Below, piece by piece: positions 29,221 through 39,579 of a DNA stretch of 64,000 nt (positions are counted from its first letter, which is position 1; each line of letters opens with the position of its first letter). The DNA is from Helicobacteraceae bacterium (GTDB taxonomy: Bacteria > Campylobacterota > Campylobacteria > Campylobacterales > Sulfurimonadaceae), in NCBI GenBank assembly GCA_947498025.1, contig CANMJR010000004.1:16708-80707 (forward strand), written 5' to 3'. The position numbers and the translations under genes were made by a program. The notes under the pieces are model-generated. The model searched no databases and was not told where the DNA came from. It was given only the letters and a program-made list of their open reading frames with translations.

Positions 29221-30540
29221 TTGAGATATTTTTTTGCACTTTTGGCAATTTTTTTATTTTTTGGTTGCTCCTCAAAAGAGATAAAGCCTAAAGGCGAGGA
29301 AATAATAATATCTGATTTAGTCAATCTTCCACAAAATGTAGAGTCTTACACTAAAAATATTGACGAAAACATATCTCTTTATGATATTCAAAAGAAATAT
29401 AACGCATTTTACTTTAGCATGTGGAATTTAGAAAAGCCTAAAGAGAGTATAGAAAATATAAAATGGCCGTTTTATGCGTATGCAAATATAAAAACTTTTG
29501 GAGAAAATTTACAGCCACTGCAAAAAGAGTTTTTTGACAAGATGTATGAAAACTCAAATTTTGACTCTTATTCTACACTGAATCAAAGAGCCGTAACACT
29601 GAAATATTCAGATTTAAGATTATTTCCAACAATTGCACCTCTGCTGAAAGATCCATCTTTGGCTGGAGAGGGTTTCCCTTTTGACTATCTGCAAAATAGC
29701 TCAATTCATGCAAATGAACCTGTTTTTGCTTCTCATTACTCAAAAGATGGGGAGTGGGTATATGTATTTGCGAGTTTTGCAAGCGGATGGATAAAGAGCG
29801 ATAGATTGGCATTTATAGAAAAAAAATATACTGATATTTGGCAAAAATCAAAGCAGATTTTTATAACAAAAGAGGATGTCTCTCTCTTTACGACGGAGGG
29901 AACTTTTCTTTACAGATCGAAGATAGGCATGTCCTTTGCATTGATAAATGAAGATAAAGATAACTACACGGTGCTGGTTATTGTTGCATGCGGAAATTCT
30001 AAGCCGCTTTATAAACAGGCAAAAATACAAAAAGAGATTGCAACTAAAAATGTTTTGAGTCTGAACAAAACGAACTTAAATAAAATTATAGGCGAAATTT
30101 CAAAGTCGCATTATGGCTGGGGCGGCATTTATGAACAGAGGGATTGTTCTTCATCGCTCCGTGATTTGTTTGCGCCTTTTGGCATGTGGCTGCCAAGAAA
30201 TTCTGCAGAGCAGGGTAAGATAGGGAAAACAATTAGTTTAAAAAATTTAGCAGATGATGAAAAAATAGCACTTATAAAAGAAAAAGCCATTCCGTTTCAA
30301 ACACTGCTCTATAAAAAAGGACATATAGTACTTTATGTCGGAACATATAATGATGAGATAATTATATTTCATAATACATGGGGAGTCAAAACTATAAAAA
30401 ATGGTGTTGAGGGCAGAATAGTAGTTGGAAAAATAGTTTTTAGCACCCTAAAATTGGGAGAGGAACAAGAGAATTATGACCCAAATGCAGAGTTGCTAAA
30501 AAATATAACGAGTATGAATATTTTAACTAAGAGAGATTAA
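29221..30540 (+). CDS. NlpC/P60 SH3-containing lipoprotein peptidoglycan endopeptidase
   Basis: Lipobox FFGC; YGWGG...RDCSS Cys; KGHIVLYVG His. Confidence 0.9.
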   Translation: MRYFFALLAIFLFFGCSSKEIKPKGEEIIISDLVNLPQNVESYTKNIDENISLYDIQKKYNAFYFSMWNLEKPKESIENIKWPFYAYANIKTFGENLQPLQKEFFDKMYENSNFDSYSTLNQRAVTLKYSDLRLFPTIAPLLKDPSLAGEGFPFDYLQNSSIHANEPVFASHYSKDGEWVYVFASFASGWIKSDRLAFIEKKYTDIWQKSKQIFITKEDVSLFTTEGTFLYRSKIGMSFALINEDKDNYTVLVIVACGNSKPLYKQAKIQKEIATKNVLSLNKTNLNKIIGEISKSHYGWGGIYEQRDCSSSLRDLFAPFGMWLPRNSAEQGKIGKTISLKNLADDEKIALIKEKAIPFQTLLYKKGHIVLYVGTYNDEIIIFHNTWGVKTIKNGVEGRIVVGKIVFSTLKLGEEQENYDPNAELLKNITSMNILTKRD

Positions 30541-30842
30541 GCTTTTATATCCAAAAGTGAGCCGAACATCTCATTTTGTGTTTTGATTGCACTTATATTT
30601 ACGGCTGTCGCCTTTTGCACCACAATCTGGTCTGGAATCTCTTTTGTTAAATCCGTCTGACTTTTTAAAGAGCCATTATCATCAGCCATACGGCTATTTG
30701 CACTCACAGAATTCCCATTGCTAGACATTTTCGTGCTTGATGGAACAAAACCGTCACTATTTACATTTGCAATATTATTTGCATTGATATTCATCATAGT
30801 CTGATGTGACTGTATTGATGAAATATTAGTAGAAGTATTCAT
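30537..30842 (-). CDS. Small flagellar basal-body rod/hook-domain protein
   Basis: ANNIANVNS N-terminal rod motif; TDLTKE...GSLLDI C-terminus. Confidence 0.75.
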   Translation of the reverse strand: MNTSTNISSIQSHQTMMNINANNIANVNSDGFVPSSTKMSSNGNSVSANSRMADDNGSLKSQTDLTKEIPDQIVVQKATAVNISAIKTQNEMFGSLLDIKA

Positions 30843-30948
30843 AATAAACTCCTTTTTCTTTGGGTCATTCTATTATTTAATTTATAAAGGTATCTTTATG
30901 ATTTGAGATTAGCACTCATAGAGTACTTCCCTCCGCTTTGTTTAGAAT

Positions 30949-30970
30949 ACATGTGGAATACTCCACATGT
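30949..30970. terminator. Stem-loop downstream of dapD
   Basis: acatgtgga-atac-tccacatgt, 9-bp perfect stem; U-tract not in canonical position. Confidence 0.5.
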
Positions 30971-30978
30971 CAAAAAAG

Positions 30979-32178
30979 TTAGTGCAACTCAGAATTTAAC
31001 TTAATCTCTCTAGTTGAGCGAGAAGCCGTAATTTGACCTGTTTGCGAATTTTGTCTAAAGTGAAGACCATTAAGACTTGCTAACTCTTTGCCTTTAAAGA
31101 GTTCGCCTTCTAATTTAACATTTTGATTTACTTCTTTTATTTTTGAAAGCTCTTGAGCGTTGATAAAAATTTTAGTACCGGCAAATATTGCTAATCCGCC
31201 ATCTAAGATACAACCATCGCCCATAGGAATTCCGCATGTCGAGTTTGCACCCAAAAGTGTGTTCTTCCCGATTGAGATAGGATTTCCGTCTGTTCCGCTC
31301 AGTACACCTAAAATAGAAGCACCGCCGCCAACATCGCTTCCTGCTCCAACAATAGCAGAGCTGGAGATTCTTCCCTCAACCATAACCGGTCCTGTTGTTC
31401 CGGCGTTGAAGTTGATGTAGGAAGCCCCCGGCATTACCGTTGTTCCTGCTGCTAATTGCGCGCCAAATCTTACTTTAGAAGTGTCCAATATTCTTGTATT
31501 ATCTGCAGGAATTATGTGTTGCAAAAATCTTGGAAATTTATCTATAAAATCAATATGCGGATACTCGTTAGAGAGTTTTAACTCGATTTCAAACTCACGA
31601 AGATAATCAAGTTCTATCGGCTGCCCGTTTGACCAAGCAACATTAGGTAAAGCACCAAAGGCACCATTTAGGTTAATGCCCCTGATTTGTACTTTTGCCT
31701 GAGATAGAGCGTATAATTTTAAATAAGTTGCCTCTACGCTTTTAAGAGGAGCATCATTGTAGATAAATGTCACTTTGAACTCTCCCTCTAAACTTCCACT
31801 GCTGATCATTTGATTATAAAGTGCTGAGACAACTTGAATATTTTTATGAGCATCTCCATACGCTTCATCAGAGTAGGGAGTAAAAGCAGCCAAAGCACTT
31901 CTTAAAAAATCTAAATTAATGTTGTAAACAACTTCATCTTGTGTAAAATCAACAATAACTCCTTGTTCTGCTAAAGCTTTAACAAAAATTGCAGCACTTC
32001 CGAAATTTTCATTCCAATTAATTATAGGGTAGGTTGCCTGAAGAGATTTATCAACATTTAACTGCCCCAAATCTACTCTACATATTCCAAAAGCTAGGGG
32101 ATCTTTGTATCCTGCTGTTGTTGATTTAATTTCTTCAATTAACGCCTTAAAAGCGTCAGCTGTTTGAATAATTTCCAT
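30979..32178 (-). CDS. dapD: Tetrahydrodipicolinate N-succinyltransferase (Campylobacterota long form)
   Basis: VDKFPR-like IDKFPRF, GTTVMPGASYINFNAGT, VEGRISS, hexapeptide repeats. Confidence 0.92.
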   Translation of the reverse strand: MEIIQTADAFKALIEEIKSTTAGYKDPLAFGICRVDLGQLNVDKSLQATYPIINWNENFGSAAIFVKALAEQGVIVDFTQDEVVYNINLDFLRSALAAFTPYSDEAYGDAHKNIQVVSALYNQMISSGSLEGEFKVTFIYNDAPLKSVEATYLKLYALSQAKVQIRGINLNGAFGALPNVAWSNGQPIELDYLREFEIELKLSNEYPHIDFIDKFPRFLQHIIPADNTRILDTSKVRFGAQLAAGTTVMPGASYINFNAGTTGPVMVEGRISSSAIVGAGSDVGGGASILGVLSGTDGNPISIGKNTLLGANSTCGIPMGDGCILDGGLAIFAGTKIFINAQELSKIKEVNQNVKLEGELFKGKELASLNGLHFRQNSQTGQITASRSTREIKLNSELH

Positions 32179-32270
32179 GAATTCTCGCTTAAATGATTTA
32201 TTTGTGGCATTATACTTAAAAAAAACTAATTACTTTTTATATAGACTAGGGTAATTAATAAAGGAATTGA

Positions 32271-32774
32271 ATGAATAAGTGGTTGGAAATTTTTAAAAAC
32301 TGTGATTATCTAAATGCCAAAAAATATCTCAAAGAGGGCGGGAGCTTGGGTGAGGCAAATGAGGCTGGGGAGTCGGTTTTGGCATGTGCTATTAGAAGTA
32401 GGTGCGAGATGGATTTGCTGATGCTTCTTATTGATAGCGGTGCTGATATTTTTGATTTTGACAATGAGGGTGTCAGCATTTTTGACATGGCAATTACCTA
32501 TGACAATAGAGAATTAGTTGAATATTTAATAAAGCATGGGGTTGATGTTAATAAAACAAAGAGAAGAAGTGGTTTTACTGCTCTAATGGCTGCATCCTGT
32601 TATGGCAGAGTTGAGATTGTAAAAATATTGCTAGAGAAGGGAGCTAATCAGCATGTAGTTGATACTAAAGGTTTTACAGCTACTGATTTTGCTAGAAAAA
32701 TGAATAAAAAGAGCGTTTTAGAGTTGCTTGATTTTGATAAAAGCAGCTCTAAAAACAGTGCACATGCAAAGTGA
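32271..32774 (+). CDS. Ankyrin-repeat protein
   Basis: GESVLACA, GVSIFDMA, GFTALMAA, GFTATDFA repeats. Confidence 0.88.
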   Translation: MNKWLEIFKNCDYLNAKKYLKEGGSLGEANEAGESVLACAIRSRCEMDLLMLLIDSGADIFDFDNEGVSIFDMAITYDNRELVEYLIKHGVDVNKTKRRSGFTALMAASCYGRVEIVKILLEKGANQHVVDTKGFTATDFARKMNKKSVLELLDFDKSSSKNSAHAK

Positions 32775-32811
32775 AACAGATTCTTTTTTTTCCTTTTGCT
32801 GTTTAAAACAA

Positions 32812-33645
32812 TCAAGAAACATCTAAAAGATGCACAAAGCTTCTGTAGCTGTCCACAATTTTTTGGTTTTTTGTGCTTAATGCGTAAAACTCAATAGCTT
32901 TTTTACCAAGTCTCGGTATCTCATTTTTAACAGCCCAGCTACTCACAGTTCCTTCTGGGACTTCCAAAATTTCTGCAAGGTGTTTTTGTGTAATATGAAG
33001 CTCTTGACATACACTCTTTACTACATTTGTTTTTGTTTTTTTGACTTTTCTGACAGGATTAGTCAGAACTAAAAGTTCCAGTTGTACTGGCTCTTTCTCC
33101 TCTACTTGTGCTTTCTCGGTTTTTACTTCTTCCGTCTCTTCAGTTTTTACTGCCACTCTTTTGATTAATTTTATCTTTGGTAACTCTTCTGCATTAAATG
33201 CTATCGTTTCTTCTATTTTTAGTTCTTCTGCTCTTTTGATTAATTTTATCTCTGGTATCTCTTCTACTTTAAATACCACTTTCTCTTTTACTTTTTTCTC
33301 TATTCTAAATACCGGCTTCTCTTCCACTTTTTCTTCGTTAAGCTCAAGCCAAGCTAAAACATCCTGTGCAGTGACAAGCCAATCTCTAGAGTTTAGATGG
33401 CTTACTGTCTCCATAGCATATTTAGTAGCATTTCTGCTTGCTATATCAAAATTGCTCAACTGAAACAGTATTGAAAAAGAGAGCTGAATTGCCCCAGAAC
33501 CGGCAGTTCCCCAGTCAAAACCACTTTTTGATTTAGAAAAAAGCTCATATCTCGAAGGAAGCTCAACCTCTCCATATGTTACATATTTACTGCCAAGTAA
33601 TGTTTTATGTCCTTTAAAGACATGATTATTCATATTAATTGCCAT
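32812..33645 (-). CDS. DUF6166-like domain + low-complexity linker + XRE-type HTH protein
   Basis: GFDWGTAGSGAIQLSFSIL N-terminal motif; ITQKHLAEILEVPEGTVSSWA HTH. Confidence 0.7.
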   Translation of the reverse strand: MAINMNNHVFKGHKTLLGSKYVTYGEVELPSRYELFSKSKSGFDWGTAGSGAIQLSFSILFQLSNFDIASRNATKYAMETVSHLNSRDWLVTAQDVLAWLELNEEKVEEKPVFRIEKKVKEKVVFKVEEIPEIKLIKRAEELKIEETIAFNAEELPKIKLIKRVAVKTEETEEVKTEKAQVEEKEPVQLELLVLTNPVRKVKKTKTNVVKSVCQELHITQKHLAEILEVPEGTVSSWAVKNEIPRLGKKAIEFYALSTKNQKIVDSYRSFVHLLDVS

Positions 33646-33817
33646 TTTAATCTCTCTCTATTTTTAAGGTATAGCGTTGTCTGTTTTTAGCTATTTTTTC
33701 TCATTTAACTAAAAAAGAACATACTTAATAAACACAAAGCAAAAAGAGTACCAATAATCAAACCAAGATGATTGATTTCTTTGATTTATTATGAAATCAT
33801 ATCGACAAAAACTATTA

Positions 33818-34549
33818 CTACATTAAGATGTAAGGGATATTTTTGCTCTTTAACTCTTTGCAAAATAGATTAAAGTGGTGTTCAATCTTTGATTTATCAA
33901 ATCCGCTCAGTGATAATTCAACAGATGGTTTGCCATTATTTAGCATTGGCAAAGATGAGAGTTCTATATCTGAGGGAGTGCTTTGCATTAATGATATAAG
34001 AGTGTTTTCACTGGTTTGCGCTAAAAGTGTATATCTAAATTTTTCTACTCTTGTGGAAAAATAAGTTTTTATAGCACTGCTTATCATGGGATGTGCCATT
34101 TCCGGAAACCCCGGTACAAAGAAAAATCTATCTTCTATGGAATAGCCTGACATGTTATTTACCGGATTAAAAAGCAACCCTGCATTTTGTGGCAACTCTG
34201 CCATATGGATTCTGTGAGGATAGGCATCATCCCCAAATCTCTCAATAATATCCCCTTCAAACTGTTTATGAAGTCTTAAAGGCTTAGAGGTAAAAACTTT
34301 TGCAGATATTTCTCTCGTCAAATCATCGGGTGTTGCACCTATCCCGCCAAAAGAGAAAAGAACTGAGTTTTTATCACTTTTTACAAGCTCATAACTCCTT
34401 GTAATAAGATCTTCATTATCTTTTATAATAAAGGACGCAAAGAGTTCATGTCCATATTTGTGAAGCTCGGTGCGAACAAAATTGAAATGTTTATCTTCTC
34501 TTCTCGCATTTAAAATTTCAGTTCCTATTATGATTGCATAAAAATTCAT
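33818..34549 (-). CDS. CinA N-terminal-like molybdopterin-binding domain protein
   Basis: IIGTEIL, GGIGATPDDLT, FFVPGFPEM. Confidence 0.85.
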   Translation of the reverse strand: MNFYAIIIGTEILNARREDKHFNFVRTELHKYGHELFASFIIKDNEDLITRSYELVKSDKNSVLFSFGGIGATPDDLTREISAKVFTSKPLRLHKQFEGDIIERFGDDAYPHRIHMAELPQNAGLLFNPVNNMSGYSIEDRFFFVPGFPEMAHPMISSAIKTYFSTRVEKFRYTLLAQTSENTLISLMQSTPSDIELSSLPMLNNGKPSVELSLSGFDKSKIEHHFNLFCKELKSKNIPYILM

Positions 34550-34637
34550 GCTTGTACCCTTATATTTGTTATTTATATGTGGAATAAAGCTTATGATACT
34601 CTATTTTTGTGTATTATTTCATAAATGAATTAAAGAG

Positions 34638-34934
34638 GTGAGTATGTCTTATGCACAAAAATTAGAAGAGTTGATTACGAAAAGCGTTATTCCTGATATT
34701 GATGAGAGATTGGATGAAATTTTTGCAGAGATTGCAGATAGCAAAGAAGCGAGTGAAGATGCAAAAGAAGAGGTAGAAGAACTTCGTGAATTTAAAGCAG
34801 ATTTGCAAGATATTTTGGCTGATATAGAGAGTGGAGATATTGAAGAAGATGAGTGTAAAGAGCTTATAGATGATATTTTGGAAGCTCAAAAAGAGGGTGA
34901 TGACGACGATTTTGGATTTGAAGAAGAAGAGTAG
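34638..34934 (+). CDS. Highly acidic helical hypothetical protein
   Basis: RBS GAGGTG, D/E-rich coherent ORF followed by terminator. Confidence 0.75.
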   Translation: MSMSYAQKLEELITKSVIPDIDERLDEIFAEIADSKEASEDAKEEVEELREFKADLQDILADIESGDIEEDECKELIDDILEAQKEGDDDDFGFEEEE

Positions 34935-34946
34935 TTTTAAAACTAA

Positions 34947-34979
34947 ATTTTATTTCCACAACTCATGTGGAAATAAAAT
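34947..34979. terminator. Bidirectional intrinsic terminator
   Basis: attttatttccaca-actca-tgtggaaataaaat, 14-bp stem between convergent genes. Confidence 0.75.
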
Positions 34980-35122
34980 CATTCAGTAGCGCTATGAATA
35001 CCTTTTCTGGTGTTATTCCACGCGTTGCTCGTATCTTCTTTAACGCCTTCCCATGTTGAAGAACATCCGCTCATAAACAAAATAGCAACTAAAACCGATG
35101 ATAATACAAAATTTTTTTTCAT
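34979..35122 (-). CDS. 47-aa entericidin-like lipoprotein (not in ORF track)
   Basis: MKKNFVLSSVLVAILFMSGC|SSTWEGVKEDTSNAWNNTRKGIHSATE; lipobox plus T-x-x-G-V-x-x-D pattern; RBS GAGGGG. Confidence 0.8.
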   Translation of the reverse strand: MKKNFVLSSVLVAILFMSGCSSTWEGVKEDTSNAWNNTRKGIHSATE

Positions 35123-35238
35123 AAACAGACCACCCCTCACACTCAAATTTTACTTTTTTTAACAGTTCGAAGTTTAACATTTTTTTCATTTGCCGTATAT
35201 GAGTCAAGTTTATAAAGCTGATTTTGGCAACTTAATGA

Positions 35239-35973
<735 letters not shown>

Positions 35974-35981
35974 TACATGCG

Positions 35982-36004
35982 GTGTCCAGAGCTTTTCTGG
36001 ACAC
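35982..36004. terminator. Hairpin between the two convergent adk genes
   Basis: gtgtccaga-gcttt-tctggacac. Confidence 0.7.
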
Positions 36005-36007
36005 TAA

Positions 36008-36586
36008 TTAGATTTTAGATTTCACAAAACTTCCCATCTCAGCAACTATTTCTTCAATAGTCCCTTCACCACTTATTACATGCAAAAGGTTTTTATCACT
36101 GTAAAAAGCTTGAATATCTGCTAAAGGCTCCATATAAACTTTCATACGGTTATCAAACACTTCATTATTGTCATCCGCACCACGGTTACGACCTAAAACT
36201 CTATCACGAGCAGTTTCTTCACTTACATGTATTTCTATGACACTGCAAAGTTCTAAAGACGAATCACTGTTCAGATATTCATTTAAAGCATTTAACTGTT
36301 CCATGCTTCTTGGATAGCCATCAATAATAATTATGTCAGTAGGAGCATTCTTGATAGCGTTTACAATGGTCTCTATTGCTATTTTGATAGGAACGATTAG
36401 CCCTTTAGAGATGTAGTTGTTTATTTCAAGCCCGAGTTCGCTTCCGCTTGCAACTTCTGCACGAAGCATGTCGCCTGTAGAGTAGTGTGTTATTACATCA
36501 TTTTGCTTGGCAATTAACTCTGCGTCTGTAGTCTTACCGGAGCCGGGTGCTCCGATAATTAAAAATAGTTTTTTACGACTCGGCAT
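36008..36586 (-). CDS. adk: Adenylate kinase, short-LID (Campylobacterota-type)
   Basis: GAPGSGKTTDA, STGDMLR, IDGYPR, GRNRGADD; syntenic with aspS. Confidence 0.92.
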   Translation of the reverse strand: MPSRKKLFLIIGAPGSGKTTDAELIAKQNDVITHYSTGDMLRAEVASGSELGLEINNYISKGLIVPIKIAIETIVNAIKNAPTDIIIIDGYPRSMEQLNALNEYLNSDSSLELCSVIEIHVSEETARDRVLGRNRGADDNNEVFDNRMKVYMEPLADIQAFYSDKNLLHVISGEGTIEEIVAEMGSFVKSKI

Positions 36587-36703
36587 TTTACACCTTTTCA
36601 TTTAGTGAAAAGCTTGCATCAGACTTTAGTCTAGAAGTGCTTTCGCTGCATTGAATTTTTAGAAGTGCTAACCTGTGGCACTTTCCACTTTGAATTCTTA
36701 TCA

Positions 36704-38458
36704 CTATTTAACTTGCTCGCGTAAACGAATGTGTAAATCTCTGAGTTGCGTTGCATCCACCGCACTTGGTGCTTTTGTAAGAATACAAGAAGCTTTTTGT
36801 GTTTTAGGAAATGCGATTACATCACGAATGCTTGACTTTTTAGAGATAAGCATCATAAGTCTGTCAAATCCGATAGCAAAACCGCCATGTGGAGGTGCGC
36901 CAAATTTGAGTGCGTCAAGTAAGAAACCGAACTTCTCTTTTGCCTCTTCCTCGTCGATACCTAAAAGTTTGAAAACCTCTTCTTGAACTTCTGATTTGTG
37001 AATACGGATACTTCCACCGCCAAGCTCAGTACCGTTTAAAACGATGTCATACGCGATAGATTCTATCTCTTCAATATTCTCTTTATCCGTATCTTTTGGC
37101 ATTGTAAATGGATGGTGAAGTGCTTTTACTCTTCCGTCTTCTACCTCGAACATAGGAAAGTCCACAACCCACACAAACTCAAATCTATCTTTGTCAATCA
37201 GGTTCATCTTCTCATGTTCGGCTATGAAAATTCTAAATCTGCCCATGTAGTCAAGTACGGTTTTTTTATCTCCGGCACCGAAGAAAACAACATCGCCGAC
37301 TTGTAGTTCAGTTCGCTCAATAATGAGTTGAATATCTGCTTCGCTAAAAAATTTAATAAGCGGACCTTTAAGACCATCCTCTTTAAGTTGAAAATATCCA
37401 AGACCATGCGCACCGAATTTGCGTACAAACTCTTCAAAACTTTGCATCTCTCTCTTTGAAAATACCAAATCGGCACCAGGAACTTTTAAAGCCTTAATAC
37501 GGTTCGTATGCGGGTGTTTTGCGATATTTGTAAAAATTTCATTACTGCATCTTTCAAATATATCGATAACATCTACCATTTTGAGGTCGTATCTTAAATC
37601 CGGTTTATCACAACCGTAAAATTCCATAGCGTGATTATAAGTGATACGGTTAAACGGAGGTTTGATTTCGTGTCCACATGCCGCAAACATTGCGACAAGT
37701 AAATCTTCTGCAACTTTGATTACATCTTCTTGATTACAAAAACTCATCTCAACATCTATTTGAGTGAATTCAGGTTGTCTATCGGCTCTTAAATCTTCAT
37801 CTCTGAAACATTTTGCTATTTGAAAGTAACGGTCAAATCCGCCGACCATCAAAAGTTGTTTGAAAAGCTGCGGTGACTGAGGAAGCGCATAAAATTCTCC
37901 GCTGTGAACACGAGAGGGAACTAAATAATCTCTTGCACCTTCAGGAGTAGATTTTGTAAGAATCGGAGTTTCTACCTCTAAAAAGCCGTTTGCATCGAGA
38001 ATATTTCTAGCCGCAATTGCCGCTTTCGAACGAAGACGGAAAGTCTCATACATGTCGGGGTCACGAAGCTCTAAATAGCGGTATTTAAGTCTCGTCTCTT
38101 CACCTACATTTTTGTCACCGATGACAAAAGGCATAGGAGCAGCTCTGTTTTCAATGATAAGTTCATGAACAATAACCTCAATAGCCCCTGTTTTTAGGCG
38201 TGGATTTACTAAGCCTTCGCCACGAAAACGAACTTTGCCTTTAGCGATAAGAACAAATTCATCACGAACGCTATCTGCCATTTTGTGAGCTTGCTCACTG
38301 TCTGCAGGATCACAAACAAGCTGAATCAGACCGGTCTTGTCTCTTAAATCAATAAAAACAATACCGCCATGGTCTCGATTATTATTCGCCCAACCCATTA
38401 GAACAACATCCTGTCCTACATTTGTTTCATTTAAATCTGTACAATAATGACTTCTCAT
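36704..38458 (-). CDS. aspS: Aspartate-tRNA(Asp/Asn) ligase
   Basis: [36 protein letters not shown]. Confidence 0.98.
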   Translation of the reverse strand: MRSHYCTDLNETNVGQDVVLMGWANNNRDHGGIVFIDLRDKTGLIQLVCDPADSEQAHKMADSVRDEFVLIAKGKVRFRGEGLVNPRLKTGAIEVIVHELIIENRAAPMPFVIGDKNVGEETRLKYRYLELRDPDMYETFRLRSKAAIAARNILDANGFLEVETPILTKSTPEGARDYLVPSRVHSGEFYALPQSPQLFKQLLMVGGFDRYFQIAKCFRDEDLRADRQPEFTQIDVEMSFCNQEDVIKVAEDLLVAMFAACGHEIKPPFNRITYNHAMEFYGCDKPDLRYDLKMVDVIDIFERCSNEIFTNIAKHPHTNRIKALKVPGADLVFSKREMQSFEEFVRKFGAHGLGYFQLKEDGLKGPLIKFFSEADIQLIIERTELQVGDVVFFGAGDKKTVLDYMGRFRIFIAEHEKMNLIDKDRFEFVWVVDFPMFEVEDGRVKALHHPFTMPKDTDKENIEEIESIAYDIVLNGTELGGGSIRIHKSEVQEEVFKLLGIDEEEAKEKFGFLLDALKFGAPPHGGFAIGFDRLMMLISKKSSIRDVIAFPKTQKASCILTKAPSAVDATQLRDLHIRLREQVK

Positions 38459-38700
38459 AATATCTAAGTCCTAGAAAAAATTTTCGCGATTGTACCTAAA
38501 ATCTACTTAGAAAAAAGATTACATGCCATTTAACAATAAAAAGAACGATTCTCTTTGTTCATATATACTCCTTCGCTTGTAGCGGGGTAGTTCATTATTG
38601 GAAGCTCATAAAGAAGTAAAAAAAGTATGACAGATTGAAATATTTTTATCTTTGTTACTTCAAAAGTGTATAATCACCAGAAATATTTAGTACAAATTAG

Positions 38701-39579
38701 ATGAATATAGGATTTATTTTGCAAACAAATAGCATTACAAAAGTTGGTGTGGTTTTGAGACCATCCACTCCAGAGCTTAAAAGTAGTTTTTTTAAACTTG
38801 AAAAGATTTTTAATAAGCACAATATAGAGGTCTATATCGACAGTATCAGCGGCGGTATGATTGATGTTATGGGCATGGAGTTTGAATTGCTGTGTAAACA
38901 GTGTGATATTCTTTTGACACTTGGCGGGGACGGTACGCTTATATCAGTCGTAAGACGCTCTTTTAATTATGAGATACCTGTTCTTGGTGTTTATGCAGGA
39001 AGTTTAGGATTTTTAGCAGATGTAAGCATGGATGAGCTCGATGCATTTGTAGCAAAATTGGCATGTGGAAAATATCGCATAGACGAGAGAGCGGTTTTAG
39101 AAGCCAAAGTTATCAAAAACGGTGAAACAGTAAAAATTCACGCCTTTAACGACATAGTTTTAACAAGACCGTCTATCTCAAACATGATACATATAGAGAC
39201 TTTAGTGGATGGAAAAGCTTTTAATACCTACTATGGAGATGGTGTTATCGTCTCGACTCCGACGGGTTCAACTGCTTATAACCTCTCAGCCGGAGGGCCT
39301 GTTCTTTTCCCTTTGACCAATGTTTTTGCACTCACTCCAATCTGCCCGCACTCTCTCACACAAAGGTCGGTTGTTCTTCCCGGAACATTTTCAATAGAGA
39401 TGAAAACTCCAAAAAACAGAGCCTTGATGATAATTGACGGGCAGGATATGCATGCGTTTGAGCAAGGCGAGAGTGTGCATATAAAATTAGCCGAGAAGAC
39501 TGCAAAACTGATTCATAGAGAAGAGTTTAACTATTTTGATGTTTTAAAAGAGAAACTTAAATGGGGAGAAAAAAGTTGA
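38701..39579 (+). CDS. nadK: NAD(+) kinase
   Basis: LGGDGT, AFND, GDGVIVSTPTGSTAYNLSAGG. Confidence 0.95.
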   Translation: MNIGFILQTNSITKVGVVLRPSTPELKSSFFKLEKIFNKHNIEVYIDSISGGMIDVMGMEFELLCKQCDILLTLGGDGTLISVVRRSFNYEIPVLGVYAGSLGFLADVSMDELDAFVAKLACGKYRIDERAVLEAKVIKNGETVKIHAFNDIVLTRPSISNMIHIETLVDGKAFNTYYGDGVIVSTPTGSTAYNLSAGGPVLFPLTNVFALTPICPHSLTQRSVVLPGTFSIEMKTPKNRALMIIDGQDMHAFEQGESVHIKLAEKTAKLIHREEFNYFDVLKEKLKWGEKS

